A stretch of 64,000 nucleotides of DNA from an uncultured virus (IMG/VR IMGVR_UViG_3300035696_001394) (lineage: Duplodnaviria; Heunggongvirae; Uroviricota; Caudoviricetes), in IMG/VR virus record IMGVR_UViG_3300035696_001394; one strand, 5' to 3'. The notes beneath the pieces were generated by a model. That model was not told the DNA's origin. It searched no databases and saw nothing but the letters and a program-made list of their open reading frames with translations. Shown piece after piece: positions 57,611 to 64,000 of the stretch. Numbering within the stretch: position 1 is the first letter of the stretch; each line of letters opens with the position of its first letter. Both the position numbers and the translations under genes were made by a program.

Positions 57611-58282
57611 TCAACCCCACGGGGGGCGCAGCGCCGTGACCCGGCATTCGTCGCACTGGCACGGGAACCGGCGCAGCACGTTGTAGCCCTTGGTCCCGCC
57701 CCACTTCTGCGTGGCGAAGATCGTCTCCTGGCCGGGAGCCGCAGTGCCCGAATGGTGGACCGGATTGAACATGCGCGCGGGGAAGACGCGGAGCTGCCCG
57801 GGAAACTGCGTCGCGACACGCGTGAGCAGCATCGGCCCCACGACCTTCCATGCGGGCGCGTCACCGTCGGCGGCGCCGGCTTCTTCCATGCACGACTTGA
57901 AGATGGGCGCGCCCTGCACGCCGCCCATCGCACCGCACGCGATGACACCGGGCCGCACGATCTCGTTCTCGAAGCAGGCCCACGCATCGAGCGTCAGGAA
58001 GCGATCGTCGAGCGTCTCCATGCACTCGCTGTCGGCGTCCACCACGACGCCGCCGAAGCGCACGAGGATCTCCCATCGGATCACGTCGCAGACGCCGTTC
58101 CATTCACGCCGCTGGGCGCGCCGCTCGATCTGCGCCTTGTTCTCGTTGAAGGCGTTGTGATCGCGGTGGACAGCGACCTCCCATCCGGTCGCCGGCCCGT
58201 GCTTGGCGAACCACGAGTCGATGAGCGCCGTCGGGGGATCGTGAGGCCCGAACCAGCAGATGTGGAGCGTCTTGTTGATCAT
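57611..58282 (-). CDS. DxD glycosyltransferase (GT32/Gly_transf_sug-like)
   Basis: KTLHICWFG, DVIRWEILVRFGGVVVDADSEC, VGPMLLT. Confidence 0.85.
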   Translation of the reverse strand: MINKTLHICWFGPHDPPTALIDSWFAKHGPATGWEVAVHRDHNAFNENKAQIERRAQRREWNGVCDVIRWEILVRFGGVVVDADSECMETLDDRFLTLDAWACFENEIVRPGVIACGAMGGVQGAPIFKSCMEEAGAADGDAPAWKVVGPMLLTRVATQFPGQLRVFPARMFNPVHHSGTAAPGQETIFATQKWGGTKGYNVLRRFPCQCDECRVTALRPPWG

Positions 58283-59094
58283 CGGGAACCTCGTTCGAAC
58301 AGGTAGTAGGTCGTCGGGAACGCCCCCTCGACCCCGGCCGGGTACTTCGGCCGACTCGTGGCGAGCTTGTAGCCGTGCGATTCGAGCAACGGCAAGTAGG
58401 TAGGACGCGTCTTGTCAGGCTCCATGCACGAGAAGGTCTCGTCGTGGGGCACGATGAAGAGGTTGCGCACGTCGTGGTCGGCGAGCCACCCGAGCCAGAA
58501 GTCGATCGCGGTGCGCGGGCACTCCGACCACGAGTGGATGTTGCACGCGAGATCGACGCCGGCCGAGAGCACCTCGTCCAAGTCGGGCAACCCCACGACG
58601 TGCGCGTGGCTGCCGCGGTAGCCGAGGTAGCGCTCGCACACGAGCGTCGAGATGGGAACGGCGTCGACGCAGTAGACCTCGTGCGCCGAGAACAGTTCGA
58701 GCAGCCGGTGCGCAAAGCGTCCGTAGCCCGCGCCGATGTCGAGGATGTCGAGCGGCGTCGAGCCGAGGTCGAGCGCGTCGTGCAGGAACCCGACTTCGAG
58801 GATGCTGTCGAGCAAGTCGCGGCTGACCGGCTTGCCGTCGAAGTCGAAGGTGATGGCGCCAAAGGTGCCGTCCTCTTCGAGCTGGTCGAGCCACTCGGGG
58901 CGCTCTCGCCGCACGTAGGCCAGCTCGACGGCGTACTGCTCACGCGTCGCGCCGAAGTTGAGCTGCCCGAGGTACTGCGACTCGCCGCGGAAGGTGTCGA
59001 GGCCGATCGTCTTGGCCCACTCCGCCCAGAGCGTGAGTTCGACGCCGGACTTCGCGTACGCCGCTTCAAGCGCGACGAGCTGCCGAGGCTTCAC
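58279..59094 (-). CDS. SAM-dependent putative sugar O-methyltransferase
   Basis: VSRDLLDSILE, ILDIGAGYGRFA, NIHSWSEC. Confidence 0.8.
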   Translation of the reverse strand: MKPRQLVALEAAYAKSGVELTLWAEWAKTIGLDTFRGESQYLGQLNFGATREQYAVELAYVRRERPEWLDQLEEDGTFGAITFDFDGKPVSRDLLDSILEVGFLHDALDLGSTPLDILDIGAGYGRFAHRLLELFSAHEVYCVDAVPISTLVCERYLGYRGSHAHVVGLPDLDEVLSAGVDLACNIHSWSECPRTAIDFWLGWLADHDVRNLFIVPHDETFSCMEPDKTRPTYLPLLESHGYKLATSRPKYPAGVEGAFPTTYYLFERGSR

Positions 59095-59750
59095 GGACGC
59101 ACCCACGCGCTCGTGACGCAGCCGTTGCGGCCGGGGTTGGCGAGCGTCATCTCCAGCCCCCAGCCCCACGCGATCTTGCAAAGCTCGATGAAGTCCTCGC
59201 GGCGATGCGTCTCGATGAGCAGCGCCGACAACTCCGCGCCGTGTTGGAAGTCGCGCAGGATGGGCAGCTCGGCGCCCTCGGTGTCGAGCTTGAGGATGCG
59301 GCACTTCTTGAGGCGCTTGGCCGAGAGCGTTCGCGCCTTCACCGTGTGCTCGGGGTTCTGCCACGCGAGCCGGTGCATGCTCGTGCCGAGGAGCGTGCGC
59401 CGCCCTTCGAAGAGCGTCACCTGCCCCTCTTCATCGATCTGCACCGCGTCATCGGTCGAACCCACGACCGCGCACTCGACGACCTCGGCGTTCATCGCCG
59501 CGAGGTTGTCGCGGCAGAGCGCCGCGATCTGCGGGTGCGCCTCGTAGCAGGTGACGTGCGTGCGGTCGGCCGGGAACTCGGCGAACACCCAGAGCGCGAA
59601 GATCCCGACGTGCGCGCCGACGTCGAGGATCTCGATGGGCTCCGAGTCCTTCTCGAAGCGAGGGATCTTGGCGTGCGCGTAGTCGCGGTCCATCTCCGCG
59701 AGGTTCCACATCGAGGTGCGGGGCAGGTGCAGCATCGAAGAGTTGTTCAT
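59091..59750 (-). CDS. FkbM-family methyltransferase
   Basis: LDVGAHVGIFA, YEA, LKLDTEGAELPIL. Confidence 0.85.
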   Translation of the reverse strand: MNNSSMLHLPRTSMWNLAEMDRDYAHAKIPRFEKDSEPIEILDVGAHVGIFALWVFAEFPADRTHVTCYEAHPQIAALCRDNLAAMNAEVVECAVVGSTDDAVQIDEEGQVTLFEGRRTLLGTSMHRLAWQNPEHTVKARTLSAKRLKKCRILKLDTEGAELPILRDFQHGAELSALLIETHRREDFIELCKIAWGWGLEMTLANPGRNGCVTSAWVRP

Positions 59751-59755
59751 GGTGC

Positions 59756-61573
59756 TCACTTCGCCCAATTCGCGTCGTTCTGGTGAACCGTGTACTCGCC
59801 CGGGTTGAGCACGAGCTTCTGTTCGAGGATGCGGATGTTCGGGTCGCCGTACGACACGAAGGCCGTCGTGAAGAACGTGGGCCCGCTGCGCTTGGGGATG
59901 TCCCCGATCGGGCAGCCGAGCATCGTCGGGTAGTGCTCCTTGAGGCACTGGAGCACGTACGCGAGGAAGAGCGATCCCTTCGGGGCGCCGAAGATGCCGT
60001 GGCAGATGTTGGCGAAGCGGGGATCGAACGTCGCCGCGACGAACGCGCGCGAGAACAGCCCGTCGAAGGGCTTGAGCGCCGTCGAGTCGATGTCGCAGTA
60101 GATCCCGCCGTGCTGATAGAGGATGTCGTAGCTGGCGATGTCCACCTTCGCGCCGAAGTTGGGCTCCTGCTCGTACAGCTCGCGCAGGATGAGCCCCTCG
60201 GGTCGCACCATCTCGATTCGCACGCGGTCGATGGGCGCGCGCTCGCGATCGACCCAGAGGATGATCTCGTAGGTCGGGTTCTGGTCGCGGTAGCTCTCGA
60301 CGTTGCGGACGTACTTCTCGGGGATCTCGGAGCCGACCCAGAAGAGGTGGATCTTCTTGGGCAGCGTGTAGTCGGCGTCGCGCTCCGTCGGCACCGCGAA
60401 GCGCTTGGGCAAGCACCCCTTGCCGATGATCGCCATCGCCTGCGCGAACGTGTGCGCTGCGCCGGGCGGGGGCGCCGCGGGGGGCGTGATCTCCCGCAGG
60501 CGCCGGGCCGCGAGCGGCTCGGTCAGCGCGGCCAGCTTGAAGTCCGCGATGGCGCCACGCGTGTCGCCGTGATGCTGGCGGTAGATCCCGCGGAAGAGGT
60601 GCGCTCCCGGGTCGCCGGGGAACCACTCGATGCGCTGTTCGAGACGCCGGAGCGCGTCGGCCGACATGTTCGCGACCGCATCGAGATCGCGCGCGACCTG
60701 CTCGTTCGCGTACGCGTCCGCATGCCGGAGCCGAACCGTCGACGGGATGAACGTGTGCAGCTCCGCCGACGTCGTGGCCGTCCCGTTCTGATCGTGGACG
60801 CGGTACGAGAGGAGCCGCTCGGGGACATGCCGCACGACCGGCGCGTGACGCGAGCACGCGATCCAGAACGCCCAATCCTCGCAGCCGAGGAGCGACACGT
60901 CGTAGCCGCCCGCGAGGCGCCAGAGGTGCTTGGTGATGAGGGTGCAGCACGTCACAAGATTCTGGTTCAGGAGCTTGCCGGCGTCGTAGGGCGACAGGTC
61001 CCACACGCCCGTGCCGCTGCCGATGTTCTTCATGTTCGTCGTGACCATCGCGACCGGGCTGTCGGGGGCCACCGCGAGCGTCTGCGCGAGGAAGTCCGGT
61101 TCGATCGTGTCATCACCATCGAGCGGCAGCACGAAGTGGCTCCGAGCCGCGGAGAAGCCCGCGTTGCGCGCGTCGGCCGCGCCCCGGTCGTAACCGGTGA
61201 GCACGCGGATGGTCTTGTGATTGGACGCGAACTCGCGCGCCACCCGCGCGCTCGGTTCGTCACCGCAGACCACGATGATCTCGTTGGCCGCGCGTGTCTG
61301 CACGACCGCGCTCGTGATGGCTTCGGCGAGGTAGCCCGGCTGCTTGAAGGCCGTGATGACGATCGCCACGCTCGCATCGCGCGCCACCGGGCGCTCGTCG
61401 GGCGTGGGCGGCGTCACCGTGCGCACCGCCGGGAGCGGCGCCGGGTGCGCGTGCGCGCGAGCGAACGCTCTGTCTGCGGCCGTTGGCACCGGGGGTTTGG
61501 TGTCGGACTTCTGCGTCTCCTGCGGCGGGGTCGCCTTGGGGCCCTGCCAGGCGGCCCAATCACTACCGAACAT
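59756..61573 (-). CDS. Bifunctional glycosyltransferase (GT2, TPR, GT32-like)
   Basis: GAADARNAG, LPLDGDD, CEDWAFW; then PKKIHLFWVG, GGIYCDID, SGPTFFT. Confidence 0.85.
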   Translation of the reverse strand: MFGSDWAAWQGPKATPPQETQKSDTKPPVPTAADRAFARAHAHPAPLPAVRTVTPPTPDERPVARDASVAIVITAFKQPGYLAEAITSAVVQTRAANEIIVVCGDEPSARVAREFASNHKTIRVLTGYDRGAADARNAGFSAARSHFVLPLDGDDTIEPDFLAQTLAVAPDSPVAMVTTNMKNIGSGTGVWDLSPYDAGKLLNQNLVTCCTLITKHLWRLAGGYDVSLLGCEDWAFWIACSRHAPVVRHVPERLLSYRVHDQNGTATTSAELHTFIPSTVRLRHADAYANEQVARDLDAVANMSADALRRLEQRIEWFPGDPGAHLFRGIYRQHHGDTRGAIADFKLAALTEPLAARRLREITPPAAPPPGAAHTFAQAMAIIGKGCLPKRFAVPTERDADYTLPKKIHLFWVGSEIPEKYVRNVESYRDQNPTYEIILWVDRERAPIDRVRIEMVRPEGLILRELYEQEPNFGAKVDIASYDILYQHGGIYCDIDSTALKPFDGLFSRAFVAATFDPRFANICHGIFGAPKGSLFLAYVLQCLKEHYPTMLGCPIGDIPKRSGPTFFTTAFVSYGDPNIRILEQKLVLNPGEYTVHQNDANWAK

Positions 61574-62807
61574 GTTGTGCGTTCTCCCTCTTGCCCTTGG
61601 TGGTCTTCACCTTCGACGTCTTCTTCGTGCGCGTCTTGTCGTCGCGCCGGCTCTTCGACGCCGCGCGCTTCGGCATCGGCGTGCGCTTACGCTTGAGCGC
61701 CTCACCTTCAATAGCGCGCGCCCGCGAGATGGTCTCAGCGGTGACGAGCACATCCTCTTCGCGCACGTCCTTCTTCGCGCGCGCAGGCTTGCCGTCCGCG
61801 CGCTTCATCTTGCCGCCCTCACCCTTCTTGACCTTCACGAGCCCGGCGGCCGGCGGGGGCAGCTCGCGCCGCACGCGCCCGCGCTTCTCCTCTTGAGCGA
61901 GCTGCGCTTCCAGCTCGGGGGGCATCGGGAGCGGATCGTCCGCGGTGCCCGTCGCCGCGACCTCGCCCGGCGTCGGCGGCTCGGGGGCCAGCGGCGGGAC
62001 GAGCATCAGGTTGCCGCGCTTCTTGCCGCGCTCGGGTTTCTCGGGCATCGCTGCCAAACCCGTCTGCGTCATGATGAGCTTGTACTCGCCGTGCGTCGGG
62101 CCAAAGCGGTTCTTCCACGGCTTGAGCACGCGCGAGCCGTCCTCTTCGGGGAACAGCGTCACGAGCGTGCTGACCTCGTGCTGGAGCGTCATGAGCCCGG
62201 CGAAGTCACCTTCCTTCGTCATGTGCGCGATGAGGAACGCGGGCGCCTTGTACTTTGAGGCGTAGTCCCTGTACCGCTTGCAGATCACGATGGCCGCGTG
62301 CGCGTCCTTGCCGCAGAGCGAGGTGATCGAGTCGAGGATGATCATGCCCGGCGGATCGTCCTTGAACAACTCCTCTTCGATCTCGGCGCCCGTACCGAAG
62401 TCGGTGAGCACACGGAGCCTGTCGATGTTGTCGATCTTGAGGCGGTCGGCCGTGATGCGTAGCTCGCCGGCAGGCTGCTCAGCGGACAGGTAGAACGAGC
62501 GCTTGCCGGTGATCTTCGCGAAGACCGACGAGAGCTGGAGCAGCAAGGTCGTCTTGCCGGCGCCGGGCGCGCCGCCGAGGAGCGTGATGCTCGTTGGCAC
62601 GAAGCCGCCGCCCCACGCGATGTCCCACGGACCACCCGTCACGATACGGTCGACCGACGTCGCCGTGACTTGATCGAGCGTCGTCGTCTGCTTCTTACCC
62701 ACCGCGCCGCCCACGCTCCCGGTCTCCGAGAGCGTCCAGTTCCCGCACTTCTGGCAAAGCGACTTGCCGGGCATCATCGGGTTGCCGCAGTGGGCGCAGT
62801 TCGCCAT
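61563..62807 (-). CDS. radA: RadA/Sms-like ATPase lacking the Lon-like C-terminal domain
   Basis: N-terminal CxxC..CxxC, Walker A GAPGAGKT, SAEQ, ILDS, HMTKEGDFAG, KNRFG signature; basic tail. Confidence 0.75.
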   Translation of the reverse strand: MANCAHCGNPMMPGKSLCQKCGNWTLSETGSVGGAVGKKQTTTLDQVTATSVDRIVTGGPWDIAWGGGFVPTSITLLGGAPGAGKTTLLLQLSSVFAKITGKRSFYLSAEQPAGELRITADRLKIDNIDRLRVLTDFGTGAEIEEELFKDDPPGMIILDSITSLCGKDAHAAIVICKRYRDYASKYKAPAFLIAHMTKEGDFAGLMTLQHEVSTLVTLFPEEDGSRVLKPWKNRFGPTHGEYKLIMTQTGLAAMPEKPERGKKRGNLMLVPPLAPEPPTPGEVAATGTADDPLPMPPELEAQLAQEEKRGRVRRELPPPAAGLVKVKKGEGGKMKRADGKPARAKKDVREEDVLVTAETISRARAIEGEALKRKRTPMPKRAASKSRRDDKTRTKKTSKVKTTKGKRENAQHVR

Positions 62808-63199
62808 TAGCCAGGGCCCATGACGGCGAGGCAGAATCGAAAGAGCTGCCCGCCCTTGAGGCCCTCGGGGATGTGCCCCGAGTACGTGGCGCGCACGAGG
62901 ACGCCGTGATCGCAGAGCAGCGGCTTGAACGAACGCTTCTCCTTGGGCACGTCGGGGTGGAAGTCGTACGCGTCGCGGGTCGGGTAGTAGTCGGGACCGA
63001 CCTCGTTGTAGAAGAGCGGCTCGGGCGAGACGGCGTCGATCGACATGTCGTCGAGTCGCACGAAGCCCGCGCACGGCGCGTTGGTCGTCAGGTGCTCGGC
63101 GGTGAACGCGCGCATCGTCCAGTCGCGCGCCTCGAACTGGCACGGCACGCCGAGCACGATCTCGGCGCCGAGCGCGAACGTGTATATCTCGACCTTCAT
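62807..63199 (-). CDS. Hypothetical protein
   Basis: MKVEIYTFALG; overlaps both neighbours. Confidence 0.55.
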   Translation of the reverse strand: MKVEIYTFALGAEIVLGVPCQFEARDWTMRAFTAEHLTTNAPCAGFVRLDDMSIDAVSPEPLFYNEVGPDYYPTRDAYDFHPDVPKEKRSFKPLLCDHGVLVRATYSGHIPEGLKGGQLFRFCLAVMGPG

Positions 63200-63474
63200 G
63201 TTGCGACCTTCCCTGCAAGGAGCTGCTCGAACGGCTTGTGCTGCAACGTCGGCTTGCCCTCTTCGAGCAAGCGCTCCGCGCGTCTCTTCCTTCGCTGCGC
63301 GAGACAGAGGTCGCACGGCTTGGACGGCAGTACCGTCACCTTGCGCTTGCGCGACTCGACGAGTGCCGCATCACGGCAGTGGTCGCAGAAGTGCAAGTCC
63401 TCGGGCTCGCGGGGCGCGAGCGCCGTCTCGTCGGGCGTGTACATCCGGTACCGCTTGTCGAACCCGCGGCTCAT
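63196..63474 (-). CDS. Small Zn-finger-like protein
   Basis: CDHC ... CDLC. Confidence 0.6.
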   Translation of the reverse strand: MSRGFDKRYRMYTPDETALAPREPEDLHFCDHCRDAALVESRKRKVTVLPSKPCDLCLAQRRKRRAERLLEEGKPTLQHKPFEQLLAGKVAT

Positions 63475-64000
63475 AGCGGCTTGCCCCCCGGCCCCACGAG
63501 CCCAGCCCCACGCACCCTCGTCATCTCTTCCCCGAAACAGCCTTCGAGCCCCCGGTGGTTGGTCCGCGCGTCGAGCGAGACCCAGATCGTGATCTTCGCC
63601 CCCCGCAGTCGCGCGCTGAAGGCGCGGTCGTCGCCGAGAAACTCGTTCTCGTCTTCCGGCGCACCCTCTTCGAGCGCGTTGGCCGGCATGAGGATCGAGT
63701 TGAACAGCGCGTAGCTACGCTGCCCCGGGATCACCTGCGAGCGAAAGTGGTCGTCGGGGTACGTCTTGCAGAGCGTGTCGAACGCTGCGCGACGCACGAG
63801 CACGCAGCCGAGGCCCGTCGAGAGCGTCTCGGCGAGCCGCACGCCATTGACGCGGATCGGATCGGTGTACGGCACCACGTTGTAGACATGACGATCCGCG
63901 CGGACCGGCTCAGCGACGCCGTAGTCCCCCGCGTCGCCGCGCATGAGGCACGGCGCGGTCACGACGTCCTTACCGCACTTGATCATGTCGAGCATCGACG
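63471..64000 (-). CDS. GT-A fold glycosyltransferase-like protein (5' partial)
   Basis: DVVTAPC, TGLGCVLVRRAAF, LGDDRAFSARL; runs off the window edge. Confidence 0.65.
   Translation of the reverse strand, partial: SMLDMIKCGKDVVTAPCLMRGDAGDYGVAEPVRADRHVYNVVPYTDPIRVNGVRLAETLSTGLGCVLVRRAAFDTLCKTYPDDHFRSQVIPGQRSYALFNSILMPANALEEGAPEDENEFLGDDRAFSARLRGAKITIWVSLDARTNHRGLEGCFGEEMTRVRGAGLVGPGGKPL

Overview
This is a very GC-rich 64 kb segment in which every credible gene (about 90) lies on the minus strand. Genes are tightly packed, with many ATGA/GTGA/TGATG stop-start overlaps. It reads as the virion, lysis and accessory half of a large bacterial virus or provirus. I see no terminase, portal, HK97 capsid or classical tail genes, and several features point to a tailless, membrane-containing virion (inference). 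In transcription order (right to left) the window holds: glycosyl- and methyltransferases plus a RadA/Sms-like ATPase; beta-rich structural-type proteins and a glycoside-hydrolase-like protein; a 1918-aa acidic protein built from ~30-aa repeats; a candidate single-jelly-roll capsid protein beside a transglutaminase-like Cys protease; a long array of small genes; a holin-like gene and three muralytic enzymes; glycine-zipper and peptidoglycan-binding proteins; four collagen-like fibres sharing one N-terminal domain; and a GT2-TPR. The main discovery candidate is a family of 32 small, otherwise unrelated ORFs that carry the same basic, nearly always N-terminal leader, approximately M-(K/R)RRG(R/H)-A-L-x-(R/K)-R-Y-G. 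It is conserved as protein rather than DNA and is plausibly a cleavable virion-packaging tag for a library of cargo proteins. A second notable element is a ~85-nt structured leader RNA found twice, at identical spacing behind -10 boxes, at the head of two ~21-22 kb gene runs. All family assignments come from motif reading only; no searches were run.
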